A stretch of 64,000 nucleotides of DNA from NCBI GenBank assembly GCA_902609235.1, contig CACLRF010000002.1, forward strand, positions 2,425-66,424, given 5' to 3'. The position numbers and the translations under genes were made by a program. The stretch comes from an uncultured Pelagibacteraceae bacterium (GTDB lineage: Bacteria; Pseudomonadota; Alphaproteobacteria; Pelagibacterales; Pelagibacteraceae). Below are positions 1-9,812 of the stretch, in pieces (the first letter of the stretch is position 1; every line of letters starts with the position of its first letter). The notes under the pieces are model-generated. The model searched no databases. It was not told the origin of the DNA and saw nothing but the letters and a program-made list of their open reading frames with translations.

Positions 1-404
1 GATGTAATTTTGCACCAATTTTGTTCACACTTTTCTATAATTAGTAATCTGCCTTCTTTTATTTGAGCAACCGGTTTAGAAAAAGATGTAGGTTTCTTAA
101 ATAAAACTTTATCTTTCGTGGCTATTACTGAATTACTTTTTTTTAATTGTGAAATATGAATCCATCCGCTGTTATTTTTAAAATCAATAATTCGTCTAAA
201 GTTTTCTTTTTCATCAATTTGTTTTAAAGGTAAATTTATTTTTTTGTAAACATACTTAATGTCAGATTCAAAACTTGGTCCATAGCGCACGTTAACCTTA
301 TTTTTTTTAATAGAAACAAATATTTCCTCTGCATTACTTGAGTTAATAAAGAATATTAAAAGAGAGAATATAAAAATATTATTTATTAAATTTTTTATTT
401 TCAC
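1..404 (-). CDS. Secreted tandem bacterial SH3-domain protein (DUF1058/SH3_4-like); runs off the window edge
   Basis: Not in ORF track. Manual translation from GTG at 404 gives a signal peptide (..FIFSLLIFFINSSNA), then KVNVRYGPS..GWIH and a second repeat ending CEQNWCKI. Confidence 0.75.
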   Translation of the reverse strand, partial: MKIKNLINNIFIFSLLIFFINSSNAEEIFVSIKKNKVNVRYGPSFESDIKYVYKKINLPLKQIDEKENFRRIIDFKNNSGWIHISQLKKSNSVIATKDKVLFKKPTSFSKPVAQIKEGRLLIIEKCEQNWCKIT

Positions 405-1146
405 TTTTTTTTGTTTTATTTAATTTAACTTTTCTAAAGCTTAAATTTAATAAATCTATAATAAGAATAAATCCATTTAAATTTTGGCCAACATTTAATA
501 TCTTTTTTAAAACTTCATTAGCTAGCATTGTCCCAATTGTTCCTGCTACTGGTCCCAATATTCCTTCATATTCACAGTTTAATATTTCATCAGTAATAAC
601 TTCCTCTTGATAGAAGTCACGTAAAGAGGGAGTATTTTTATTTACAAAATCAAAAGTAAAAATATGACCATCAAATTTACTAATTGCTCCAGTCACAAGA
701 TATTTTTTATATTTTAAACTTAAATCATTTATTAAAAATTTACTTTCAAAATTGTCAGTACCATCAATTATGAAGTCATAATTTTTTATTATTTTTTCAA
801 ATTTTATTCTATCCAATTTAAAGTTATAAAGATTTATTTTTGTTTTTGGGTTTATTCTATTTAGTTTTTTTTTGGCAGTTATAACTTTTAAGTGATTTAA
901 ATCTCTTTCATCATATAAATTTTGTCTATGAATATTTGATAGGCTAACAATGTCATGATCAACTATTCCTAGTTTCCCAATGCCAGATCGAGTTAAAAAA
1001 TCAGCCGCTGGACATCCCAGGCCACCCATTCCAATTATTAAAACTTTTGAGTCTAGAATTTTTTTTTGACCTAATGGACCTATGTTTTTTAAAATTATTT
1101 GTCTAGAAAATTTATCTATTTCTTTTTTGGTTAAATTTTTGCTCAT
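379..1146 (-). CDS. HesA/MoeB/ThiF family adenylyltransferase
   Basis: FSRQI, GMGGLG nucleotide-binding motif, SNIHRQ, DGTDNF. Confidence 0.9.
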   Translation of the reverse strand: MSKNLTKKEIDKFSRQIILKNIGPLGQKKILDSKVLIIGMGGLGCPAADFLTRSGIGKLGIVDHDIVSLSNIHRQNLYDERDLNHLKVITAKKKLNRINPKTKINLYNFKLDRIKFEKIIKNYDFIIDGTDNFESKFLINDLSLKYKKYLVTGAISKFDGHIFTFDFVNKNTPSLRDFYQEEVITDEILNCEYEGILGPVAGTIGTMLANEVLKKILNVGQNLNGFILIIDLLNLSFRKVKLNKTKKSENKKFNK

Positions 1147-1580
1147 TTTCCAGTCGAGCCAAAACCACCCTCTCCTCTAATTGTTTCTGGTAGATCATCA
1201 GTTTCCTCAAGATGCATTTTAATTACAGGAGTTAAGATCATTTGTGCTATTCTATCTTTATTATTTATTAAAAAATCACTTTTTCCATGATTAAAAAGAA
1301 TTACTTTTATTTCTCCTCTGTAATCACTATCAACAGTTCCAGGTGTATTTAAAACACTAATGCTGTTTTTTGCAGCTAAGCCAGATCTTGGTCTTATTTG
1401 GATTTCGAAATCTCTAGAAAATGCTACTGCAAGGCCTGTTGGAACTAAACATGATGAGTTCGGTTTAAGATTTATGGGTTCTTTTACTAATGCCATTAAA
1501 TCCATACCTGATGCACCTTCTGTTTTGTAAGCAGGTAATTCAACTGCAGGGTCTAACTTTTTGATAAGAACTTTTGCCAT
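1143..1580 (-). CDS. dut: dUTP diphosphatase
   Basis: GMDL, RPRSGLA, GTVDSDYRGE, RGEGGFGSTG motifs. Confidence 0.98.
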   Translation of the reverse strand: MAKVLIKKLDPAVELPAYKTEGASGMDLMALVKEPINLKPNSSCLVPTGLAVAFSRDFEIQIRPRSGLAAKNSISVLNTPGTVDSDYRGEIKVILFNHGKSDFLINNKDRIAQMILTPVIKMHLEETDDLPETIRGEGGFGSTGK

Positions 1581-2785
1581 TAATTTAATTGATCAATTAT
1601 TCTATCAACTATTTCATCAGAAATTCCAGATTTTTTTTTGTACGAAAGTTTTTCTTTTTTAACGCCTTTGCTTTTATAATGAATTGTTACCTCATTATAA
1701 TCAGAATTAAATCCTATGTTTTTATTTGATACATCATTAGAGATTATCCAGTCGCAATTTTTCTTGTTTAACTTTTCCTCTGCATTTTTATCAATCTCAT
1801 TAGTTTCTGCTGCAAATCCAATGACAAGCTCAGGTCTCATGTAGTTATGGTTAGACACATAATTAAGTATATCTATATTTTTTTCTAAATTTAAATATAA
1901 TTTATCTTGTTTTTTAATCTTATTTTTATATTTTTTATTAATTTTAAAATCAGCTACCGCAGCAGAAAAAATTGCTACATCAACAGGTAAATTTTCTTGT
2001 ATTGCAACTAACATTTCATCTGCTGTTTCAACTTTTATAAGATTAATATCTTTAGTTATTTGAAGATTAGTTGGACCTGATATTAGTGTTGTATCAAAAT
2101 CTTTTTTGGATAATGATTTTGCTAATTCATATCCTTGTTTACCACTTGATTTATTCGTAATAAAACGAACTGGATCTATGTACTCATTAGTTGGACCTGC
2201 TGTAACTAATGCTTTAAATTTTTTATTTTTTGTTTGAGTTAAGAAATATTTATCAATTTCTTCAGCAATTACAGATGGGTCTGACATTTTGCCCTCTCCG
2301 TATTCACCACATGCCATATCACCAACCTCTGGACCAATTAGTTTATATCCAAACTCCTTTAATTTTTTTAAATTCATTTTAGTAGTTGGATGTTCCCACA
2401 TTCTTACATTCATTGCTGGTGCTAAAATAATGTTTTTATCTGAAGCTAAAACCACAGTAGATGCTAAATCATCTGTTGTTCCTTGAGCTAATTTTGAAAT
2501 TGTATTTGCTGTAGCTGGTGCAATTAGAATTAAATCTGCCCATCTTGAAAGTGAAATATGATCCATTTCAGCTTCATTTTCTACACTGAATAAATCGCTA
2601 TATACTTTACCTTGAGAAAGCGACGTTACCGAAAGTGGAGTTACAAATTCTTTTGCACTTTTAGTAAGGATTGTCTTTATTTCTGCTCCATTCTTTTTAA
2701 AAAGCCTAATTACTTCTAGACTTTTATAGGCAGATATCCCTCCACAGATAATGAATAAAATTTTCTTATTTAACAAATTTTTCAT
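1580..2785 (-). CDS. coaBC: Phosphopantothenoylcysteine decarboxylase / phosphopantothenate-cysteine ligase
   Basis: GGISAYK, PAMNVRM, ACGEYG, TAGPT..IDPVRFITNKSSGKQG, GFAAET. Confidence 0.97.
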   Translation of the reverse strand: MKNLLNKKILFIICGGISAYKSLEVIRLFKKNGAEIKTILTKSAKEFVTPLSVTSLSQGKVYSDLFSVENEAEMDHISLSRWADLILIAPATANTISKLAQGTTDDLASTVVLASDKNIILAPAMNVRMWEHPTTKMNLKKLKEFGYKLIGPEVGDMACGEYGEGKMSDPSVIAEEIDKYFLTQTKNKKFKALVTAGPTNEYIDPVRFITNKSSGKQGYELAKSLSKKDFDTTLISGPTNLQITKDINLIKVETADEMLVAIQENLPVDVAIFSAAVADFKINKKYKNKIKKQDKLYLNLEKNIDILNYVSNHNYMRPELVIGFAAETNEIDKNAEEKLNKKNCDWIISNDVSNKNIGFNSDYNEVTIHYKSKGVKKEKLSYKKKSGISDEIVDRIIDQLN

Positions 2786-2793
2786 TTGCGGAA

Positions 2794-4362
2794 TTAAAAT
2801 ACTATAAGGCCAAAAATTACAAGAAGTAATAAACCAATAATAGATTGATTTCTAAATGCTATCATTTCTGATTTCTTATCTTTTAAAGCGGTATATGAAT
2901 TTGAATTTTGTGGAATTTGACCGCTAGCTAAAAACGTTAATGCTTGATTCGCTTTATCCATAATCTCAGGAAATTCTGGCAAACGTTTAATAACTTCAGA
3001 TGTATTTTTTAAAGTTTCATTTAAATTATTAATTGGATCTTTTGTTTCTTTAAGCCAATTTTCTAGAACAGGCTTTGAAGTTGTCCAAATATTTGTGTTT
3101 GGATTTAATTTTCTTGCTACACCTTCAACAACAACCATAGTTTTTTGCAACATTAATAATTGAGGTTGAGTTTGCATATTAAACTTTTCTGTTACTTCAA
3201 ACAATTGTTTGAGTAATTTACCTCCTGAAATATCTTTTACTTCTTGACCAAATATAGGCTCACCTATTGATCTCAAAGCTTGAGCCAGATCATCAATTGG
3301 TACTTCTTTAGGAACTAATCCAGCTACTAAGTGAACCTCAGCTACTTTGCGATAATCTCTTTGAATAAATCCAAATAAAATTTCTGCTAAAAACCTTTTA
3401 CTAAGTTTATCTAATCTACCCATAATCCCAAAATCTATAGGTACAATCTGGCCACTAGTATCAACAAAAATATTTCCTTGATGCATATCTGCATGAAAAA
3501 AACCATCTCTTACAGCATGTCTCAAAAAATGTTGGATAATATCTTCTGCTATCTTATTAGTATCTAAATTTCTTTTCTTTAACTCCTCAGCTTCTCTTAT
3601 TGAAATTCCATCTATCCAATCTAAAGTCATTACATTTTCACTAGTAAAATTCCAATAAATCTCAGGAACTTTAAACCCAGCATCATTTTTAGTATTTTCT
3701 GCATATTCATTTGCTGCAGCAGCTTCGAATCTTAAATCCATTTCAAGATTAGTTATTTCTTTAAGTAAAAAAACAACTTCAACAAGTTTTAATCTTTTTG
3801 TTTTTTTTACAAATGACTCAATAATAAATGCAAATAACATCATCGCGTCTATTTCATCATTGAATATATTTTTTATATTTGGTCTTAAAATTTTTATTGC
3901 TACATCTTTAATTATTCCATTGTCATTTATTTTTGCTTTATGAACTTGTGCAATTGATGCAGCAGCAACTGGTTCACCTAAATCAATTATTGAATTAAAT
4001 GCATCAATTCCAAGATCTTCTTTAATTATTTCTTTTGCTTCATGAATTGAAAAAGAGGGCAATCTATCTTGAAGTTTTTCTAGCTTTAAAGATAATTCTT
4101 CTCCGATTATATCAGGTCTAGTAGCAAGAAATTGCCCAAGTTTAATAAAAGTTGTACCCATAGATTCTAATGACCTAGATAGCCTCTCACCATCATCTTC
4201 AATTAAATTATTTTGTTCCTTTTTTTCAAATGAAATAGATAAAATTTGGAATAATATCGTTACAGCTAAAGGAGGTTTTTTAAATTTTGCTGCAATTTTT
4301 AAAATATCTGATTTTGCAATTTTTCTTCCTAATTTAAATAAAGTAATAAGTTTTTTAATCAT
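2794..4362 (-). CDS. ubiB: Ubiquinone biosynthesis kinase-like protein UbiB
   Basis: IKLGQFLATRPD, AASIAQVH, FFHADMHQGN, DFGIMG. Start moved to ATG 4362, which overlaps the ubiE stop (TAATG). Confidence 0.95.
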   Translation of the reverse strand: MIKKLITLFKLGRKIAKSDILKIAAKFKKPPLAVTILFQILSISFEKKEQNNLIEDDGERLSRSLESMGTTFIKLGQFLATRPDIIGEELSLKLEKLQDRLPSFSIHEAKEIIKEDLGIDAFNSIIDLGEPVAAASIAQVHKAKINDNGIIKDVAIKILRPNIKNIFNDEIDAMMLFAFIIESFVKKTKRLKLVEVVFLLKEITNLEMDLRFEAAAANEYAENTKNDAGFKVPEIYWNFTSENVMTLDWIDGISIREAEELKKRNLDTNKIAEDIIQHFLRHAVRDGFFHADMHQGNIFVDTSGQIVPIDFGIMGRLDKLSKRFLAEILFGFIQRDYRKVAEVHLVAGLVPKEVPIDDLAQALRSIGEPIFGQEVKDISGGKLLKQLFEVTEKFNMQTQPQLLMLQKTMVVVEGVARKLNPNTNIWTTSKPVLENWLKETKDPINNLNETLKNTSEVIKRLPEFPEIMDKANQALTFLASGQIPQNSNSYTALKDKKSEMIAFRNQSIIGLLLLVIFGLIVF

Positions 4363-5066
4363 TAAATTTTCCAACCACTATGAATTGAAACAATACCCCC
4401 AGAAAGATTTCTATAAGAACATTTATGAAAATTATTTTTTTCCATCAACTCTATTAATTCGTCTTGATTAATAAATTGTTCAATACTTTTAATTAAATAT
4501 TTGTAAGGTTCTTTTTCTCCAACTACAAACTGACCAATAATAGGAATGAGTTTTGAATAATTTTTATATATAAATTCAAGATTTGAATTTTGAATCTTAG
4601 AAAATTCTAGACATAGATAGCGTCCACCAGGCTTTAAAACTCTATAAGCTTCTGAAAGTGCTTTATTTAAGTTTTTAGTATTTCTTAGCCCAAAACTAAT
4701 AGTGTAATAATCAAATGAGTTGTCCGCTATGGGTAATTTTTCTGCTGGAGAAATAACCCATTTTACATTTTTGTAATTAGATAATTTTTGATTTCCTTGA
4801 CTAACCATTCCTTTATTAGGGTCTACACAAGTAATTTCAGCATCTTTATTTGTGCTATCTAAAAATAACTTTCCAATATCCCCCGTCCCACACGCAACAT
4901 CTATTAATTTTCTACTAACTCTCGGACTCATCATATTTATTAAACTTTTTTTCCAATATCTATGTACACCCATAGACATAAAGTCATTCATCAAGTCATA
5001 TTTGTTGTAGACCTGATTAAATACATTTTCTACAAGTCCTTTTTTATTTTGAAGATTTTGTTGCAT
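4362..5066 (-). CDS. ubiE: Ubiquinone/menaquinone C-methyltransferase
   Basis: YDLMNDFMSMGVHRYWK, DVACGTGD, FGLRN, VLKPGGR; adjacent to ubiB. Confidence 0.96.
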   Translation of the reverse strand: MQQNLQNKKGLVENVFNQVYNKYDLMNDFMSMGVHRYWKKSLINMMSPRVSRKLIDVACGTGDIGKLFLDSTNKDAEITCVDPNKGMVSQGNQKLSNYKNVKWVISPAEKLPIADNSFDYYTISFGLRNTKNLNKALSEAYRVLKPGGRYLCLEFSKIQNSNLEFIYKNYSKLIPIIGQFVVGEKEPYKYLIKSIEQFINQDELIELMEKNNFHKCSYRNLSGGIVSIHSGWKI

Positions 5067-5095
5067 AAAAAAATATATACTGAATATAGTATCAA

Positions 5096-5959
5096 ATGCC
5101 AGAATTACCAGAAGTAGAAATTGTTAGACAATCCCTTCACAAAAAGATTAAAAAAAAAAGCATAAAAAAAGTAATAATTAGAAACAGGAATTTAAGGTTT
5201 AAAATACCAAGTGATTTTGAAAGTTTTCTTAAAAATAAAAAAATAATTGAAGTAAGTAGATTTTCTAAATATTTGATAATCCATTTTCAAAATGAAGATT
5301 ATTGTTTAATCCATTTAGGAATGTCAGGAACAATTCATATTCTTGATAAGAAAAAACCTTTAAAATTTACTAATACAAGTTTTTATCATTCACCTTTTTT
5401 ACCTAAAAAACACAATCATGCAGAGTTTGTATTTGATAGCTTGAAAGTAATTTATAATGATCCAAGACGTTTTGGATTTTTTGAAATAATTAAAAATTAT
5501 CCAGATCTACAGAAAAGATTTAAATCAATGGGGCCTGAACCATTTAGTGATAAATTTAACTTAAATTATGTAGTTAATTATTTTAAGAAAAAAAATAAGG
5601 ATATAAAAAGTTTCTTACTTGATCAAAGATTTGTTTCTGGAATAGGTAATATTTATGCAAGTGAAATTCTTTTCGCTAGTAAAATAAATCCATTTAAAAA
5701 GGCAAAAGGACTTAATAAAAATGAATGTTTAAATATTATTTTAAATTCCAAGAAAATACTTCAACAGGCAATTAACAAGGGAGGCTCAAGTATAAGAGAT
5801 TTTAAAGATATCTCAGGTAACAAAGGTACCTTCCAAAAGGAGTTTAAAGTTTATCAGCAAGACGGATCTGATTGTAAGCGTAAGAATTGCAAAGGTATTA
5901 TTAAAAAAAAAATAACATCAAATAGGTCGACTTTTTTTTGCGTTTCTTGTCAAAAATAG
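5096..5959 (+). CDS. mutM: Formamidopyrimidine-DNA glycosylase
   Basis: N-terminal PELPEVE, HLGMSG, GIGNIYA, C-terminal zinc finger. Confidence 0.98.
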   Translation: MPELPEVEIVRQSLHKKIKKKSIKKVIIRNRNLRFKIPSDFESFLKNKKIIEVSRFSKYLIIHFQNEDYCLIHLGMSGTIHILDKKKPLKFTNTSFYHSPFLPKKHNHAEFVFDSLKVIYNDPRRFGFFEIIKNYPDLQKRFKSMGPEPFSDKFNLNYVVNYFKKKNKDIKSFLLDQRFVSGIGNIYASEILFASKINPFKKAKGLNKNECLNIILNSKKILQQAINKGGSSIRDFKDISGNKGTFQKEFKVYQQDGSDCKRKNCKGIIKKKITSNRSTFFCVSCQK

Positions 5960-5971
5960 TTAAATATTTAG

Positions 5972-6000
5972 TTGACCACTATAAATTCTCAAGCTATACC
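5972..6000 (+). promoter_or_regulatory. Sigma70-type promoter of rpsT (TTGACC-N17-TATACC)
   Basis: Near-consensus -35, 17-nt spacer, GC-rich discriminator; ATG 9 nt after the -10. Confidence 0.6.
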
Positions 6001-6009
6001 CCTGCGCAG

Positions 6010-6270
6010 ATGGCAAACACAAAATCAGCAATTAAGAGAATTAGAAGAATTTCTAAACAAACAACAGTAAACAAAGCTAGAAAGAGCAGGTTTAGAAACG
6101 CTCTTAAGAAAATGAACCTTTTAATTGATGGTAAAAAGAAAGATGAAGCTCTAAAATTTTTACCAAAGTTAAACTCTGAGTTGATGAAAATCTCTAAAAC
6201 AGGAATAATAAAAAAACAAAATGCTTCTAGGAACGTTTCTAGAATTACCAAAAAAATAGCTGCAATCTAA
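6010..6270 (+). CDS. rpsT: 30S ribosomal protein S20
   Basis: MANTKSAIKRIR..; true start is ATG 6010, inside the longer track ORF. Confidence 0.97.
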   Translation: MANTKSAIKRIRRISKQTTVNKARKSRFRNALKKMNLLIDGKKKDEALKFLPKLNSELMKISKTGIIKKQNASRNVSRITKKIAAI

Positions 6271-6372
6271 ACGTTAGCTAAATTTTTAAACAACTCCTGA
6301 TATCTACATTATATATTTAAGACTTGTCTTAAGTTACTATATTTAGATTTAGTAAATATTTGGATTATCTTC

Positions 6373-6444
6373 ATTCAATCTATGTTTGATTCAATTTTAA
6401 TTCAATCAATTTATTGATTCAATCTATGTTTGATTCAATTTTAA
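6373..6444. repeat. 28-bp perfect direct repeat (6373-6400 and 6417-6444) upstream of dnaA
   Basis: ATTCAATCTATGTTTGATTCAATTTTAA occurs twice with a 44-bp period; three GATTC sites in the block. Confidence 0.9.
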
Positions 6445-6581
6445 ATTTTAATTTAGACCTAAACTAAAATTAATCTGCAACATTATAAATCACAATCATA
6501 GATTTTATTTTTTTTTTATTTTTCTTATTAACTTGTTGCAAATTTTTTTAAATAGTTCTAACTGAGATTTCCCCTTAAGTT

Positions 6582-8000
6582 ATGAATAAATTAACAAATA
6601 CAAAAAATATTAATAATTTTTCGTCTGAAGGCTTTGAATGGAAGCAAGTGCAGAATGAAATGAAAAATAAACTTGGCTTAGAAGTTTATGAGAGCTGGTT
6701 AAAAAAGATTTCTTTTGTAGAGGAATTTAATAATTACTTATTATTGTCAGTTCCAACAAGATTTATTAGAGATTGGATTACATCAAGGTATTTAGACCAA
6801 ATATTAAAAATAATTAAAGTATATAAAAAAAACATTATTAGAATTGAGTTTAAAATAGTTGAAAAAGCTCAAAATATCACTTTAAAAGAAAATAATATTA
6901 AAGAGAACATTGCTAGTGAAAATGTTTCATTTATTAAAGACTCTTACCTTCAGTATAATCGAATTGATCCAAATAAAAGTTTTGATAATTTTATTACAGG
7001 TTCAAGTAATAAATTAGCTTACGAAGCTTCTTTAAAAGTCTCAGAAAATATATCTCATTATAATCCACTTTATATTTATGGTGGCGTTGGAATGGGAAAA
7101 ACTCACTTATTAAATTCAATAGGTTTAGAGCTTAAAAAAAATAATAAAGTAATGTTTATTTCTGCCGAACGTTTTATGTATCAGTTTGTAAAATCAATTA
7201 AATCAAACGACATGGTTAAGTTTAAAGAATATTTTAGAAATACGGATATTTTATTAATCGATGATATCCAGTTTATAAGTGGAAAAGAGGCTATGCAGGA
7301 GGAGTTTTTTCATACATTTAATGCATTACTTGATAAGGGATCTCAAATAATTGTATCAGCTGATCGATCACCAAACAAATTATCAAGGATTCAGGAAAGG
7401 ATTAAATCAAGATTTTCAGGAGGATTAGTTGTTGATATTCAAAAGCCAGATCTTGAGCTAAGAAAAAAAATAGTTGAAAAAAAAACTGAAGAATTGAATG
7501 CTTTGTATTCTGAACAATTACAAGTTTCTAAAGAAATTCAAGATTTTATAAGTAATGAAATAACTGGAAGTATAAGGGAATTAGTTGGTGCAATAAACAG
7601 AGTAGTTTCATTCTCAAGAATTTACAATAAAGTCCCTAATCTTGCTGAAACAAAAGTAGTTTTAAAGGATTTGTTAAATTTAGCAGAAAATAAGGTTACT
7701 ATAGATCTAATTCAGACGATTGTTTGTAAGTTTTTTAAAATCAGTAAAAATGAAATGTTATCATCTAGAAGATCAAGATATTTAGTAAGGCCTAGGCAAA
7801 CAGCAATTTATTTAACTAAAATTTTGACGTCTAAATCATTACCTGAAATTGGAAGAGAATTTTCGAACAGAGACCATACAACAATAATTCACTCAGTAAA
7901 AACTATTGAAAAGATAAAAGAAAAAGATCCTCAGATGGCTGATAATATAAATAAATTAAAAAATCAGATTTTATACAATAATAAAGAAAATGAAATTTAA
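6582..8000 (+). CDS. dnaA: Chromosomal replication initiator DnaA
   Basis: YNPLYIYGGVGMGKTHL, LLIDDIQF, QEEFFHTFN, RDHTTIIH. Confidence 0.99.
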   Translation: MNKLTNTKNINNFSSEGFEWKQVQNEMKNKLGLEVYESWLKKISFVEEFNNYLLLSVPTRFIRDWITSRYLDQILKIIKVYKKNIIRIEFKIVEKAQNITLKENNIKENIASENVSFIKDSYLQYNRIDPNKSFDNFITGSSNKLAYEASLKVSENISHYNPLYIYGGVGMGKTHLLNSIGLELKKNNKVMFISAERFMYQFVKSIKSNDMVKFKEYFRNTDILLIDDIQFISGKEAMQEEFFHTFNALLDKGSQIIVSADRSPNKLSRIQERIKSRFSGGLVVDIQKPDLELRKKIVEKKTEELNALYSEQLQVSKEIQDFISNEITGSIRELVGAINRVVSFSRIYNKVPNLAETKVVLKDLLNLAENKVTIDLIQTIVCKFFKISKNEMLSSRRSRYLVRPRQTAIYLTKILTSKSLPEIGREFSNRDHTTIIHSVKTIEKIKEKDPQMADNINKLKNQILYNNKENEI

Positions 8001-9102
8001 CGTTAATCAACAAGACCTTCAGCAAGCATTAAATTATTGCCAAGGTGTAATTGAAAAAAGAAGTACATTACCAATACTTTCTAACATTCTCTTGGATGCA
8101 AGTAATTCAAAACTTACTATCACCGCGACTGATCTGGATTTAATATTTATACATCAATTAAATAATGTAGAAATTTTAGAGGAGGGCAAAACAACCACAA
8201 CTTCCTCAATCATGTATGATATTATAAGAAAGTTCAACTCAGGAAAAAAAATAAATGTTTCTCTGACAGATATAAGTAAATTACAAGTAGAATCTGAAAA
8301 ATCTATTTTTAATTTGAATTGCATTAGCGCAACAGAGTTTCCCTTAACAGATGAAAATTTTAATCAAAATGAATTTATAATTAAATCAAAAAAATTATTG
8401 AAATTGTTAAATAAATGTAAATTTTCTGTTTCTAATGATGAAACAAGGCATTACCTAAGTGGAATTTATTTTCATCAAACTGAAGTTGAAGACAAAAATT
8501 ATTTAACAGCAGTAGCAACTGATAGTCATAGAATGTCTATTTCAAAAATTAGATTAGAGGAAAAAATTGATTTTGATCCAATAATTTTGCCCAAAAAAAC
8601 AATTTTTCAACTTTGTTCTTTATTAGATAGTTATGACGGAGATGTAAAAGTTTCAAATGTGAAATCAAAAATAAAATTTGAATTAAATAATAGTATTTTA
8701 ATTTCAAAACTAATTGATGGAAAATTTCCAAATTATATTCAGGTTATACCCAAAAATAACCAAAAAAAATTAGAAATAGATTTAAAATTATTTTTAAATT
8801 CTGTTGATAGAGTTGCATCTGTTTCATTAGATAAAAAAGATGGTGTTAAATTCAACTTATCTAAAGACACTCTAGATATGTCTGTAAATAATACCAATAG
8901 TGGTGATGGTAAAGAAACTTTAAGTGTTAAGTTTGACCATGATTTAGAGATAAGTTTTAACTCTAGATATTTGATAGATGTTGCCTCACAGTTAGATGGA
9001 GAGAGAGTTGAAATTTTCTTTAATGATTCTGGTTCACCTGCGTTAATAAAAGATCCGGGTGATTTTGATAGTATTTTTGTTGTCATGCCTATGAAGGGCT
9101 AA
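7990..9102 (+). CDS. dnaN: DNA polymerase III beta sliding clamp
   Basis: PILSNILL, ATDLD, ATDSHR, SKLIDGKFPNY, VVMPMK; follows dnaA. Confidence 0.98.
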   Translation: MKFNVNQQDLQQALNYCQGVIEKRSTLPILSNILLDASNSKLTITATDLDLIFIHQLNNVEILEEGKTTTTSSIMYDIIRKFNSGKKINVSLTDISKLQVESEKSIFNLNCISATEFPLTDENFNQNEFIIKSKKLLKLLNKCKFSVSNDETRHYLSGIYFHQTEVEDKNYLTAVATDSHRMSISKIRLEEKIDFDPIILPKKTIFQLCSLLDSYDGDVKVSNVKSKIKFELNNSILISKLIDGKFPNYIQVIPKNNQKKLEIDLKLFLNSVDRVASVSLDKKDGVKFNLSKDTLDMSVNNTNSGDGKETLSVKFDHDLEISFNSRYLIDVASQLDGERVEIFFNDSGSPALIKDPGDFDSIFVVMPMKG

Positions 9103-9809
9103 TTAATTAAGTCTAACTCTGAATAAATATTTTTTTCAAGAATTTGAATAAAATTTTCTTTTGTTAAACCAGGAGGAATTGGTTTTAGAATTGAGATTGT
9201 AATCGTTTTGTCAGATTTCTTTTCACCTTTTTTAGGCCAAACATATCCAGAGTTAATTGCGACTGGCTGACAAGTAACATTCAGCTCTTCATAAATTCTC
9301 GAAGTACCTTTTTTAAAAGGCGGTCTTTCATATGGAAGAACTCTAGTTCCTTGTGGAAAAATAATTAAAGGTCTATTAGAAGTAGCCATCATTTTTGAAA
9401 TATCATTTAAAAAACCCAAGTTATCTTTTGTAACTTTATTTCTTTTGATAGAAATTGATCCTATTTTTTTTAAGTACCAGCCAAATATTGGAATTAATAA
9501 TAATTCTTTTTTTAGAATAAATACAGGTGAGTTAAAGATTGTTTGTAAATAAAAAGTTTCGAACATTGATTGATGAGATGCTGCTATAAAAAATTTTTCA
9601 TTATTAATAATATTTTCTTTTCCTTTGATTGAAATTTTTACTGAAAGAACAAATCTTAAACAAAAACTGGCCCAATGGCCCATTAACTTACCCCCTACCA
9701 AAACAACTTTTTTTGGCAAAAAAAATGATGGTAAAAAAATTATTGAAATAAAAATAATTCCTGTGAAAAATAATATTGAAAATAAAAAGTTTCTTATCAT
9801 TTTCGTCAA
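9099..9809 (-). CDS. plsC: 1-acyl-sn-glycerol-3-phosphate acyltransferase (PlsC family)
   Basis: HQSMFET (HxxxxD/E variant), IFPQGTR, PFKKG. Confidence 0.85.
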   Translation of the reverse strand: MTKMIRNFLFSILFFTGIIFISIIFLPSFFLPKKVVLVGGKLMGHWASFCLRFVLSVKISIKGKENIINNEKFFIAASHQSMFETFYLQTIFNSPVFILKKELLLIPIFGWYLKKIGSISIKRNKVTKDNLGFLNDISKMMATSNRPLIIFPQGTRVLPYERPPFKKGTSRIYEELNVTCQPVAINSGYVWPKKGEKKSDKTITISILKPIPPGLTKENFIQILEKNIYSELDLIN

Positions 9810-9812
9810 AAG

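Noticed and set aside
6373-6444. Mini CRISPR array
   Set aside because: Only two copies, a 16-nt spacer that is itself repeat-like, and no cas genes
6271-6581. oriC upstream of dnaA
   Set aside because: No TTATCCACA-quality DnaA boxes seen (best match found about 7/9), and alphaproteobacterial origins are often unlinked to dnaA
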